Shown here piece by piece: positions 32,599 to 42,193 of a stretch of 64,000 nucleotides of DNA. Each line of letters begins with the position of its first letter. The first letter of the stretch is position 1. The stretch spans positions 10,904-74,903 of the forward strand of contig JAYZQJ010000268.1 in the NCBI GenBank assembly GCA_036149055.1, in the 5' to 3' direction. The notes under the pieces were generated by a model. That model was not told where the DNA came from. It did not search any database and saw only the letters and a list, made by a program, of their open reading frames with translations. Position numbers and translations under genes: made by a program. The stretch is from Myxococcota bacterium. GTDB lineage: Bacteria > Myxococcota_A > Polyangia > Polyangiales > Sandaracinaceae.

Positions 32599-32903
32599 GA
32601 CGACTCGAGTGGCGCGTGCGCCGACCTCTCTGCGCTCGTCGTCTGCCGTCGTCTCGGGTCAGTGTCGTGGAAGCGGGCGCGGGTGCGGCGCCATTGTTTG
32701 CCACCTCTTGACCTCTCGGGGGCCGACGCGGCCGAAGAAGATCGGCGTCACCACGTAGCCGGGGCTCCGGGTCCCCGCCCAGCCGTCGTGGGTGCCGCGG
32801 CCCTCGGCGTCGGTGAGGAGCACGAGGGGGCGACGCGACGCACCTCGCGTCGACAGCGGAGCGGCCCGGATGTTCCGCCGCGACGCTGCTATGGTCCGCC
32901 GCG

Positions 32904-33605
32904 ATGAGCGAAGAGGATCCCCTCCGCGGCCTCCAGGAGCGGCTCGGACACGTGTTCGAGCGGCGCGAGCACCTCGAGGACGCGGTCACCCACCGGTCGT
33001 TCGTGAACGAGCGCCCCCACATCGCGCGCACCGACAACGAGCGCATGGAGTTCCTCGGGGACGCCATCCTCGACCTGGCCGCGTCCTGCCTGCTCTGGGA
33101 GCGCTTCCCGGAGGCGCGGGAGGGGGAGCTGTCGCGGCGCCGCGCGGACCTCGTGTGCGAGCGCTCGCTGGCCGACATCGCCGGCGAGCTGGAGCTCGGG
33201 GCCTGCCTCCGGCTGGGCAAGGGCGAGGAGAAGAGCGGCGGGCGGGACAAGCCCCGGCTGCTCGCGAGCGCGCTCGAGGCGGCGGTGGCCGCCATCTACC
33301 TCGACGCGGGCGAGCAGGAGGCGATCACCATCGCGCGCGGCCTGCTCGCGCCCCGGGTCGACGCGATCGAGCCGGGGGAGCGGGACTACAAGAGCCGCCT
33401 CCAGGAGGTGCTGCAGCGCGGGGGCAACCCGCCGCCCACCTACGCCCTGCTCGAGACCGAGGGGCCCGACCACGAGCGCGTCTTCCGGGTGGCGGTGCTG
33501 CTCGAGGAGCGGGAGCTCGCGCGGGGCGAGGGCCGGTCGAAGGCGCGGGCCGAGCAGCTCGCCGCGAAGGGCGCGCTCGCCGACCTCGAGGCCGAAGAGG
33601 GCTGA
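32904..33605 (+). CDS. rnc: Ribonuclease III
   Basis: THRS, NERMEFLGDAIL, dsRBD DYKSRLQE...GRSKARAEQLAA. Confidence 0.97.
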   Translation: MSEEDPLRGLQERLGHVFERREHLEDAVTHRSFVNERPHIARTDNERMEFLGDAILDLAASCLLWERFPEAREGELSRRRADLVCERSLADIAGELELGACLRLGKGEEKSGGRDKPRLLASALEAAVAAIYLDAGEQEAITIARGLLAPRVDAIEPGERDYKSRLQEVLQRGGNPPPTYALLETEGPDHERVFRVAVLLEERELARGEGRSKARAEQLAAKGALADLEAEEG

Positions 33606-33671
33606 CCCGAATTCGGGCGGGAAACGTCGCCGGTCCCCTGCTATATGCCTCGGCCGGGAAGCAGGAGAGCG

Positions 33672-35444
33672 ATGCAGGACAAGGAGCTACTGACCCTGCC
33701 CCAGGCCCTCGAGCGGGCTGCGGGGCGCACCGGCTACGGCTTCACCTTCGTGAAGGACGACCTGAGCGAAGAGGAGCACCCGTGGTCCTCGCTGCTCGAG
33801 GAGGCGAAGGCCCTCGCGGTCGCGCTGGCCGACCAGGGGATGAAGAAGGGCGACCACGTCGCGCTCATCCTCCCGGAGGCGGGCGACTTCGTGCCGCTCT
33901 TCCTCGCGGTGGTCCAGGGCGGCGGCGTGCCCGTCCCGCTCTACCCGCCGATGGGCATGGGCCAGCTCGGGGGCTACCTCGATCACTGCAAGCACATCGT
34001 CAGCGCGTCGCGCGCGAAGCTGCTGGTGACCAACCGCCAGATCAAGGCGGTCATCGGCAAGGTGCACGACTCGGCGCCCGAGCTGCAGAAGATCCTGCTC
34101 CGCACCGACCTCGTCGGCGACGCGAGCCTCTGGAAGGATCCCGGGCTCACCCTCGACGACACCTGCTTCCTGCAGTTCACCAGCGGCTCGACCAACAAGC
34201 CCAAGGGCGTGGTCGTCACCCACGGCAACCTCGCGCACAACGCCTGGGCGATCATGCGGGAGGGCCTCGACTCGAACGACGAGGACCGCGGCGTCAGCTG
34301 GCTGCCGCTCTTCCACGACATGGGCCTGATCGGCTTCGTCATCGCGCCGATCCATCACCGCGTGCCGGTGAGCTTCATGTCGCCGATGACCTTCCTGAAG
34401 CGGCCGGCGAGCTGGCTCGAGATCCTGAGCAAGCACCGCGGGACGATCACCTACGGGCCGAACTTCAGCTACGCGATCACCGCCAAGCGGGTGCGCGACC
34501 GCGACCTCGAGGGCATCGACCTGAGCGCGGTGCGGGTGGCCGGCTGCGGCGCCGAGCCCATCCAGGCCGAGACGCTCCGCGCCTTCGCCGATCGCTTCGG
34601 CAAGGTCGGCTTCCGCGAGGGCGCGTTCGTGCCGAGCTACGGCATGGCCGAGTACACCTTGGCCATCGCGTTCTCGACCGGCGTGCCGACCGATCGCGTC
34701 GACGCCGAGAAGCTCTGGAGCGCGGGCGAGGCGGTGCCGGCGAGCGATGACGCGCCCAGCAGCGAGGTCGTCGAGATCGTGCACTGCGGCAAGGCCTTCG
34801 ACGGGCACGGCATCCGCATCGTCGACGTCGAGAGCCGCGAGGTGCTCCCGGACCGCAAGGTCGGCGAGATCGAGGTCAGCGGGCCCAGCGTGATGCAGGG
34901 CTACTACGACCGCCCCGAGGCGACGCGCATCACCGTCGGCCGCGACGGCTGGATGCGCACCGGCGACCTCGGCTACCTGTCGGACGGCAACGTCTACATC
35001 TGCGGCCGCGCCAAGGACGTCATCATCGTCAACGGCAAGAACTACTACCCGCAGGATCTCGAGTGGGCCGGCTCCGAGGTGCAGGGGGTGCGCGCGGGCA
35101 ACGTCGTCGCCTTCCCGACCTACCGCGAGGGCCTCGGCCGCGAGGCGGTCGTCGTGCTGGCGGAGAGCAAGCTCGCCGAGGGCCGGGACGAGCTCGCCCG
35201 GAACGTGAAGGCCGAGATCGCCAAGCAGACCGGGCTGACCGTCGACGAGGTCATCGTCGTCGACGCCGGCACCATCCCCAAGACCTCGAGCGGCAAGCTG
35301 CAGCGTCGCAAGGCGCGCACCCAGTTCGAGGAGGGCAAGCTCCAGAAGCGCGAGGACGAGAGCGCGCTCAAGGTCGCCGGGCGGCTGGTGGAGAGCCAGC
35401 TCGCCCACCTCAAGCTCGGCATCTTCGGGAAGAACAAGAAGTAG
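33672..35444 (+). CDS. Fatty acyl-AMP ligase
   Basis: LQFTSGSTNKPKGV, SWLPLFHDMGLIG, SYGMAE, RTGDLG, NYYPQDLE, PKTSSGK. Confidence 0.92.
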   Translation: MQDKELLTLPQALERAAGRTGYGFTFVKDDLSEEEHPWSSLLEEAKALAVALADQGMKKGDHVALILPEAGDFVPLFLAVVQGGGVPVPLYPPMGMGQLGGYLDHCKHIVSASRAKLLVTNRQIKAVIGKVHDSAPELQKILLRTDLVGDASLWKDPGLTLDDTCFLQFTSGSTNKPKGVVVTHGNLAHNAWAIMREGLDSNDEDRGVSWLPLFHDMGLIGFVIAPIHHRVPVSFMSPMTFLKRPASWLEILSKHRGTITYGPNFSYAITAKRVRDRDLEGIDLSAVRVAGCGAEPIQAETLRAFADRFGKVGFREGAFVPSYGMAEYTLAIAFSTGVPTDRVDAEKLWSAGEAVPASDDAPSSEVVEIVHCGKAFDGHGIRIVDVESREVLPDRKVGEIEVSGPSVMQGYYDRPEATRITVGRDGWMRTGDLGYLSDGNVYICGRAKDVIIVNGKNYYPQDLEWAGSEVQGVRAGNVVAFPTYREGLGREAVVVLAESKLAEGRDELARNVKAEIAKQTGLTVDEVIVVDAGTIPKTSSGKLQRRKARTQFEEGKLQKREDESALKVAGRLVESQLAHLKLGIFGKNKK

Positions 35445-35450
35445 CCCGCC

Positions 35451-36779
35451 ATGCGCGCGCGGGGGTGGGTCACGGCGGCGCTTCTGGGGAGCCTGGCGCT
35501 CCCCGGCGTGGCCCACGCCGGCAACGGGGACGGCATCCTCGTCGGCAACGAGGCGGCGATGACCGGCGGCGCGGTCAGCGCGGTGGTCCGGGACGGGAGC
35601 GGCACCTGGTACAACCCCGCCGGCCTCGCGTCGATCGACCGGGGCGCGGTCGACGTGAACGGCAGCGCGCTGATGGTGCGGGCCGCCGAGGAGGGCGGGC
35701 TGATCTCGTCGACGACCGGCGAGGCGAACGACGGCGGTTACCTCGAGCTGCTGTCGATCCCGAGCGCGGCCACCATCGCGCGGCTCCTCGAGCCCGGCGT
35801 CGCGATCGCGTTCGGCATCTTCGCCCCGCGCTTCGGCAGCCACACGACCCGCACCGGCCTCGACGCCGACAGCGGCCCCAACCGGGCGCGCTGGACGCTC
35901 AGCAGCTCCGAGTTCCGCGCCACCTATCACGCGGGCGGGGCGCTCGGGCTGCGCATCTCCGATCAGCTCCGCTTCGGGGTGAGCCTGTTCGGCGTCTACC
36001 GCGAGAGCTCGAGCAGCTTCCAGAGCTCGGGCGCGTTCGAGCTCGGCGACGGGCGCACCCGGGTCCGCTCGCAGGGCGGCATCGTCCAGGTCCGGAGCTT
36101 CGGGGTCGAGCTGGGGCTCGGCGTGCAGTGGGAGCCGCACCCCGGCGTCATCATCGGCCTCACCGGCCGGAGCCCGGGCCTCGAGCTGATCACCCAGATC
36201 CGCGCCACCGAGACCGCGCTCGACCTGACGGTGAGCGACGGCGCGCCCGACATGCTCGACTTCCGCCCCGAGGACGCCGAGACGCTCGACCCGGCGTTCA
36301 CCGTGCTGACCACCGGGCGCTTCAACCTCTCCTTCGCCCACCGCTTCGACCGCGGCTGGGTCGCGGCGGAGCTCGACGTGCAGCTGCCGCGCGAGCTCGA
36401 GCCCCTGCCGCGGCGGCGGTTCGTCTGGAACGTGCGCGCCGGCGGACGCTACGAGGTCGACGAGCGCCTCGGCATCGGCGCGGGCTTCTTCACCGATCTC
36501 TCGGAGGGCGAGCCGATCGAGGGGCTGGGCCAGACCCAGGTCGACTTCGTGGGCTGGACGGCGGGCTTCGAGTACCGCACCCCGCACACGCTGGGCGAGG
36601 AGGAGGACGCCTCGACGCTGGTGTTCAGCACCACCGCCGCCCTCCGCTACGCCATCGGCTGGGGCCAGGTCGGCGGGCTCCGCTTCGACCCCAACAACGG
36701 CACCGCGCGCGAGACGTTCCCGGTCGGGACCACCATTCACGAGCTCGGCCTGCACATCGGCTCGGCGCTGTACTTCTAA
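35451..36779 (+). CDS. OmpP1/FadL-like outer-membrane beta-barrel
   Basis: Signal peptide; AMTGGA...WYNPAGLA; C-terminal aromatic YF. Confidence 0.75.
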   Translation: MRARGWVTAALLGSLALPGVAHAGNGDGILVGNEAAMTGGAVSAVVRDGSGTWYNPAGLASIDRGAVDVNGSALMVRAAEEGGLISSTTGEANDGGYLELLSIPSAATIARLLEPGVAIAFGIFAPRFGSHTTRTGLDADSGPNRARWTLSSSEFRATYHAGGALGLRISDQLRFGVSLFGVYRESSSSFQSSGAFELGDGRTRVRSQGGIVQVRSFGVELGLGVQWEPHPGVIIGLTGRSPGLELITQIRATETALDLTVSDGAPDMLDFRPEDAETLDPAFTVLTTGRFNLSFAHRFDRGWVAAELDVQLPRELEPLPRRRFVWNVRAGGRYEVDERLGIGAGFFTDLSEGEPIEGLGQTQVDFVGWTAGFEYRTPHTLGEEEDASTLVFSTTAALRYAIGWGQVGGLRFDPNNGTARETFPVGTTIHELGLHIGSALYF

Positions 36780-36811
36780 AGCCCGGGCCACGATCGGCCG
36801 ATGAGGGGGTC

Positions 36812-37345
36812 GTGAAGAAGATCCTCGTCGGTGCGCTCGTGGGGCTCGCGGCCGGGCTCCCGGGCGGGTGGTTCGGCAACGTCCACTTCGCGCAGGGGCT
36901 CGGGCTGGACGGCGACGAGATCGAGGCCCGGGTGCTCGAGGAGCGCCGCGAGGACGAGCGGCTCGTGCTGATGCTCCAGGCGGAGGACGAGACGATCCTC
37001 GCGACGTTCAGCGAGCGGCCGGACGACGTGGCCCAGCTGGTCGACCCGGGCGACTCGGTCACGATCTTCGTGCGGGCGGACAGCCCGTTCGCGGACGACG
37101 TGCCGATCCTCTCGGTGCGGAGGGGAGAGGGGCGCGGCTCGAGCGAGGGCTCGGCGGAGGCGGAGGCCGAGACCGAAGCCACGACCGAAGCCGAGGCCGA
37201 GACCGAAGCCGAAGCCGAAGCCGAGGCCGAGACCGAGACCGAAGCCGAGACCGAGGCCGAGTCCGAGGCCGAGTCCGAGGCCGAGTCCGGAGGCGAGGCG
37301 GAGGGCGGGGACGCGGCGCCGCTCTTGACCCGCGGGCGGACTTGA
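36812..37345 (+). CDS. Membrane-anchored protein with acidic (EA/ET)n tail
   Basis: N-terminal TM; tandem GAGGCC/GAGACC/GAAGCC repeats at about 37158-37300. Confidence 0.7.
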   Translation: MKKILVGALVGLAAGLPGGWFGNVHFAQGLGLDGDEIEARVLEERREDERLVLMLQAEDETILATFSERPDDVAQLVDPGDSVTIFVRADSPFADDVPILSVRRGEGRGSSEGSAEAEAETEATTEAEAETEAEAEAEAETETEAETEAESEAESEAESGGEAEGGDAAPLLTRGRT

Positions 37346-37359
37346 CCCAATCCACGCGG

Positions 37360-38604
37360 GTGACGCTGGAGCACACGCGAGACCTCGACACCCGCCTCCT
37401 CGACGTGGCGCGCGAGGTGAGAGTGCTCAGCTCGCTGAGCTGGCCCGAGGGGACCGTCCGGAAGTTCCTCATCTCGTGGCGGCGCGGGCAGCCGACGCTG
37501 CCGGAGGTCACCCCGACCCCGCGCGACCTCGGCCCGATCCGGGCGGAGCTGGAGGCGATCGTCGCCGCGGCGGATCCGGCGGATCCGATGCAGGTCTTCG
37601 TCGCGCGGACCGCCGACAGCTACGCGACCGCGGCCCGGATGCTGGGCGCCGTCGGCACGCCGGAGATGACCGAGTGCTCGCGGCTGCTGTACGGGGCGCC
37701 CGACGACCTGATGCCCGGGAGCGAGCTGTCGCACCGGCGCGCGGCGGAGCTCCTGCTCCAGAACACCGAGAACCTGGTCGCGGCCGGGGTCATCCCGGAG
37801 TCCGAGCGGACCTGCCCGGCGGAGGAGGCGGCCGCCCGGATGCGCGACGCCTTCGACTCGTTCTTCGGGCCCGACGCGCCGTCGGTGGAGATCGATCCCG
37901 ACCTCGCCTCCAAGGCCGCGGCCGGATCCCGCCGGGTGCGCATCCGCGGCACCACCACCTTCAGCGAGCTCGACGTGGCGCAGCTCATCGAGCACGAGGG
38001 CTTCGTGCACACCGCGACCGCGCTGAACGGGCGGGCCCAGCCAAACCTCGCGTGCATGGCGCTCAGCGCGCCGCGGACCACCGCGACCCAGGAGGGGATC
38101 GCGACCCTCGCCGAGCTGACGACCCGGGCCATCGACATCGCGCGCCTCCGCCGGCTGGCGCTCCGCACCGTGGCCATCCACATGGCCCTGGAGGGCGCCG
38201 ACTACCTCGAGGTGTTCCGCTTCTTCCTCGAAGAGGGCCAGTCCGAGGCCGAGAGCGCGCGCTCCGCGATGCGGGTGTTCCGCGGCGGCGACGTGCGCGG
38301 GCGGGTCGTCTTCACCAAGGACGTCGTCTACCTCTGCGGCCTCATCGCCGTGCACACTTTCTTGCGCAAGGCCATCGCCGAGAGCCGCCCTCACCTCGTG
38401 CGCCGCCTCTTCGCCGGCCGCCTCGCCCTCCCCGACGTCTTCCTGCTCGACGGCGCCTTCGCCCGCGGCGACGTCGCCGAGCCCCGCTACGTCCCGCACT
38501 GGGCCACCGACCTGCACCGGCTCGCCGCCTACCTCGCCTTCAGCGCGATCGTGAACCGGGTGGATCTCGGCACGGTCGAGCTCGAGCGCCTCCTCGCCGA
38601 GTAG
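37360..38604 (+). CDS. QEGLA-motif (DUF1704/MATCAP-like) metallopeptidase
   Basis: HEGFVH (HExxxH), TQEGIA, RVFRG, FTKDVVY. Confidence 0.85.
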   Translation: MTLEHTRDLDTRLLDVAREVRVLSSLSWPEGTVRKFLISWRRGQPTLPEVTPTPRDLGPIRAELEAIVAAADPADPMQVFVARTADSYATAARMLGAVGTPEMTECSRLLYGAPDDLMPGSELSHRRAAELLLQNTENLVAAGVIPESERTCPAEEAAARMRDAFDSFFGPDAPSVEIDPDLASKAAAGSRRVRIRGTTTFSELDVAQLIEHEGFVHTATALNGRAQPNLACMALSAPRTTATQEGIATLAELTTRAIDIARLRRLALRTVAIHMALEGADYLEVFRFFLEEGQSEAESARSAMRVFRGGDVRGRVVFTKDVVYLCGLIAVHTFLRKAIAESRPHLVRRLFAGRLALPDVFLLDGAFARGDVAEPRYVPHWATDLHRLAAYLAFSAIVNRVDLGTVELERLLAE

Positions 38605-38656
38605 ATCGTCACTGGCGGTCCGAGAGCTCGGGGCCAATGATCCGGTCTCTCGCCGC

Positions 38657-39838
38657 ATGAGCACCGCCCGCCCGAAGGACCGCCTGATCACGGTCCCGTT
38701 CGTCCTCGCCTTCGTCGTCAACCTCCTCCAGGGGCTGGCGCTCCACGGCTACCTGCACCTGCCGGGCTTCCTCGCCGACCTGGGCGCCGCCGAGGCCACC
38801 ATCGGCTTCGTCTTCGGCATCATGAGCGGGGCGGCCATCTTCATCCGGCCCTTCGCCGGGCGGATCATGGACGCCTGGGGTCGCCGTCCGGTGTTCCTCG
38901 CCGGCGGGGTGGCGCACCTCGCGGCCTGCGCGCTCTACCTCACCGTGCACGACGTCGGCCCCTGGCTGGTGGCGGTGCGCGTGCTGCAGGGCTTCGCCGA
39001 GGGCGCGATCTTCAGCGCCCTGTTCACCTACGCCGCCGACATCGTGCCCGCCTCCCGCCGCACCGAGGGCATGGGGCTCTTCGGCGTGTCCGGCATGCTC
39101 CCGATCTCGCTCGGCGGCCTGATGGGCGACGCGGTCCTGGCTCGGGCCGGCTACCGCGAGCTCTTCCTGGTGAGCGTCGCCATCGCCACCGTGGCCCTGC
39201 TCGCGTCGCTCCCCCTCGCCGAGCCCGAGCGCCCGCGCGGCGGTCCCCGGGGCGAGGGCTTCTTCGCCGCGCTGCGCCAGCGAGACCTGGTCTCGATCTG
39301 GTTCGTGGGCTCGGCGTTCGCGACCGCGCTCGCCGCCGCGTTCGTGTTCCTCAAGCGCTTCGTCGAGGAGGAGCAGATCGGGTCGGTGGGCCTCTTCTTC
39401 TCCACCTACGCGGCGGCGGCGATCCTGCTGCGCGTGTTCTTCGGCTGGCTGCCCGACCGCGTGGGACCGAAGCGGGTCTTCTTCCCGTCGATGCTCGGCA
39501 TCGCGTTCGCGATGGCGGCGATGGGCCTGGCGCGCTCCGATCTCCACATCGCGATCGCCGGGGTGCTCGCGGGGATCGGCCACGGCTACGCGTTCCCGAT
39601 CCTCAGCGCGATGGTGGTCGACCGCGCCAACCCGGCGGACCGCGGCTCGGCGGTCTCGCTCTTCACCGCCATCTTCGACGCCGGCATCTTCGCGGGCGGC
39701 CCCGCGCTCGGCGTGATCGCGGAGTCGGCGGGGTTCCGGGCGATGTACTTCGTGGCCGCCGCGCTCCCCCTCGCGGGGGCCGTGGTGTTCTGGCTCTGGG
39801 ACGCGCGCGTCGAGCCCACCGCGTCGGCCGCGGAGTGA
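38657..39838 (+). CDS. MFS transporter
   Basis: About 12 hydrophobic segments; GRIMDAWGRR and LPDRVGPKR. Confidence 0.92.
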   Translation: MSTARPKDRLITVPFVLAFVVNLLQGLALHGYLHLPGFLADLGAAEATIGFVFGIMSGAAIFIRPFAGRIMDAWGRRPVFLAGGVAHLAACALYLTVHDVGPWLVAVRVLQGFAEGAIFSALFTYAADIVPASRRTEGMGLFGVSGMLPISLGGLMGDAVLARAGYRELFLVSVAIATVALLASLPLAEPERPRGGPRGEGFFAALRQRDLVSIWFVGSAFATALAAAFVFLKRFVEEEQIGSVGLFFSTYAAAAILLRVFFGWLPDRVGPKRVFFPSMLGIAFAMAAMGLARSDLHIAIAGVLAGIGHGYAFPILSAMVVDRANPADRGSAVSLFTAIFDAGIFAGGPALGVIAESAGFRAMYFVAAALPLAGAVVFWLWDARVEPTASAAE

Positions 39839-39841
39839 CGG

Positions 39842-40060
39842 CTATCCGAGCAGCAGCCGGGACTTCGCGAAGCGCGCGGTGACCCCGATCAGGCCGGGGC
39901 GCTGGGCGATGTGCTCGAGCACGTCGAGCGCGGCGCGCTGGTCGAGCCCGTCGGGGTCTCGATCCAGGTCCTCGAGCGCGGCGTCGACGGTCGAGCGCGC
40001 GGCGCCTTCGCCGACGGTGCTCGAGAGGAGCGCGACCAGCCGGTCGCGGAGCGCGCTCAT
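39842..40060 (-). CDS. Small helical hypothetical protein coupled to the response regulator
   Basis: MSALRDRLVALLSSTVG...; ATGA overlap with the upstream gene. Confidence 0.7.
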   Translation of the reverse strand: MSALRDRLVALLSSTVGEGAARSTVDAALEDLDRDPDGLDQRAALDVLEHIAQRPGLIGVTARFAKSRLLLG

Positions 40061-40515
40061 CGCCCGTTCCCGTTCCCTTCGTGCGAGGGCGTGTCGCGGC
40101 GGACCCGGAAGCCCGAGCGGCGGATCTGGTGCATCTGCGCGCCGCGCTCCGCGAGCGCGAAGGCGATCGCGTCGATCAGCTCGCCGATCGGGCGGGTCTT
40201 GCGCACGGCGAAGGAGACCGCGCGCTGCTCCGCGAGCGGGAGCCGATCGCTCCCCGACCAGACGCCGATGGCGGCCTCGGGGTCGATCTGACGGATCCGC
40301 TCGATCAGCTCGAAGCCGTCCATGCCCGGCATCTCGAGGTCCGCCACGATCAGGTCGTAGCGCTCGCCGATCCGCAGCCGGGACACGGCGTCGAAGCCCC
40401 CATCCGCGACGACCACCTCCACCGCGAGCCGGCGCCGGAGCACCCGGCTCCCGGTGCGGCGCATCAGCGGGTCGTCGTCGACCAACAGCACTCGAATGGG
40501 CTCGTCTCGCGTCAC
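40057..40515 (-). CDS. Response regulator (receiver domain)
   Basis: VLLVDDD, ADLEMPGMDG. Confidence 0.9.
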   Translation of the reverse strand: MTRDEPIRVLLVDDDPLMRRTGSRVLRRRLAVEVVVADGGFDAVSRLRIGERYDLIVADLEMPGMDGFELIERIRQIDPEAAIGVWSGSDRLPLAEQRAVSFAVRKTRPIGELIDAIAFALAERGAQMHQIRRSGFRVRRDTPSHEGNGNGR

Positions 40516-40566
40516 TTCGTGTCCTCCGTGGAGGCCGCCGCACCAGGCGCCCTCGACGCAGTCCTT

Positions 40567-40699
40567 TTCACCCCGCGTGCCAACGCCCGAAACGCGCGCG
40601 CCGACGGTCCGGGAGCCCGCCGCGTCTCGCTGCGAGACACTCGGGCCCCGGCGGGGCCGTCTCGACGTGAGACGGCGCCTCTGCGTCTCGTCGCGAGAC
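40567..40699 (-). promoter_or_regulatory. Probable sigma54 promoter with three upstream palindromic activator sites
   Basis: Minus TTGGCACGCGGGGTGAA (GG-N10-GA); GTCTCG-N3-YGAGAC at 40624, 40659, 40685. Confidence 0.65.
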
Positions 40700-40702
40700 G
40701 GA

Positions 40703-42112
40703 TCAGCGGCGCGCGATCAGCATCTTCAGGACGCCGCGCGCGTCCACCAGCGCCTCGAAGGTGAGCCCCGGCAGCGCGGCGACGTCGAAGCTCCGCGGGA
40801 GCTTGAGCACGACCGGCCCGTCGAACGCGTCGAGCAAGCCGCGGACGTCCATGTCGAGATCGTCGAGGTCGATGGCCTCGCGGTCGTAGGCGCGACCGCC
40901 CCACGGCGGATCGATCACGAGCAGGTCCGCGCGGCGGCTCCGCACCACGTCGAGCGCGTCGCCGACCACCGGCTCGACCCGGTCGGCGACCCCGTAGATC
41001 GCGGCGTTGTGCGCGGTCATGGCCACCCGCTCCGGATCGGCGTCCACCGCGACGACCCGCTCGACGCCCGGCTGACGGGCGTAGGCGATCGCGAGGCCGC
41101 CGACCCCGCAGGTCGCGTCGAGCACCACGCCGCGCGCCCCCTCGGCGATGCGGTCGGCGAGCGCCTCGGGGGTCAGGCTGTAGAGCCCCTCGTCGTCGAC
41201 GCGCACGCCCCGCTCCCAGCGCGAGAACAGCCGGCGGCGGCGGGCCGCCCGGGGCTCGCGCAGCGGCGCGCGGCGGCCCCGTCGCACGGGAGGATCGGTG
41301 CGCACCCGGAGCTCGCCGCCCCCGACCGCGAGGCCGTCGAGGTGGGTGAGGAGCCAGCGGGCGCGCGCCGCCGTGACCTCGGCGCCGGGCGACTCCCAGA
41401 GCGCGGGGTCGACGAAGTCGGGGCCCTCGATCCACACCCGCGTCCGCGCCGGATCCGGGGCCGCGCGGAGCCGCTCGAGCACCTCCGCCGCCGCGCCCTC
41501 GTCCCCGTGCGCCGCCTCGCGCAGGGCCCACGCGATCCGGGCCAGCTCCAGCCCCTCGGCGGCCGCGGCCTCGTCCGGGGCGCCCTCGACGCTCGGCGCG
41601 TCGAGCGCGGTCCAGCCCTCGGCCCGCGCGCGGTCCATGCGCAGCCCGACCCCCCGACCCTCCTGCGCACGCCAGGCGCCCGGCGGCAGGCCCCCGAAGG
41701 TCGGCCCCACGTGGAGCGCCACGTCGACCGTCTCGTCGAGGTAGCGGTCCACGTCGCGCCGCTTCGCGCCCAGCTTGCCGAGGGCCCGGTCGAGCCGGAC
41801 GTCGCGCGAGACCTCCCGCAGCAGCGCCCGGCGGGTCTCCTGGCGCCGGACCCACCGCCCGTCCGGCGGCTCGGGCGCGGCGAGCTCGCCCAGCGGCGCG
41901 AGCACGAGCGAGCGGGTCCCCCAGGCGAGCACCCGGGGCCGGGCGGGGTGGTCGGCCAGCGCCTCGAAGCCCGCGCGCTCGGCCGCCAGTCGCGCCTCGC
42001 CGTGCTCGAGGGCGACGACCCCGCCCTTCCCTCTCCACGCCGCGCGCGCGACCCCGGGAGGCAGGGGCAGGTCCGCGGGCGTCCAGGGCCCGTGCGCTCG
42101 GTGCTCGTCCAT
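40703..42112 (-). CDS. TGS1-like (RNA cap guanine-N2) SAM methyltransferase with N-terminal extension
   Basis: RRLFSRWERGVRVDDEGLYSLTPE, VLDATCGVGG, HNAAIYGVADRV, IDPPWGG, LKLPR. Confidence 0.8.
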   Translation of the reverse strand: MDEHRAHGPWTPADLPLPPGVARAAWRGKGGVVALEHGEARLAAERAGFEALADHPARPRVLAWGTRSLVLAPLGELAAPEPPDGRWVRRQETRRALLREVSRDVRLDRALGKLGAKRRDVDRYLDETVDVALHVGPTFGGLPPGAWRAQEGRGVGLRMDRARAEGWTALDAPSVEGAPDEAAAAEGLELARIAWALREAAHGDEGAAAEVLERLRAAPDPARTRVWIEGPDFVDPALWESPGAEVTAARARWLLTHLDGLAVGGGELRVRTDPPVRRGRRAPLREPRAARRRRLFSRWERGVRVDDEGLYSLTPEALADRIAEGARGVVLDATCGVGGLAIAYARQPGVERVVAVDADPERVAMTAHNAAIYGVADRVEPVVGDALDVVRSRRADLLVIDPPWGGRAYDREAIDLDDLDMDVRGLLDAFDGPVVLKLPRSFDVAALPGLTFEALVDARGVLKMLIARR

Positions 42113-42193
42113 TTCCGGTCGGTTTCCGTGCGGATTGGCCCCGAATGTCTATAGTTCCAGCCGCCGGCGCAACCGCGCCGAGGAGGTCCCGCC

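Noticed and set aside
32658..32823. Short minus-strand frame VLLTDAEGRGTHDGWAG...
   Set aside because: About 54 aa with no RBS or motif; possibly a gene remnant, too weak to call
37158..37300. Tandem short repeats resembling an array
   Set aside because: In-frame codon repeats encoding EAEAET with no spacers; not CRISPR
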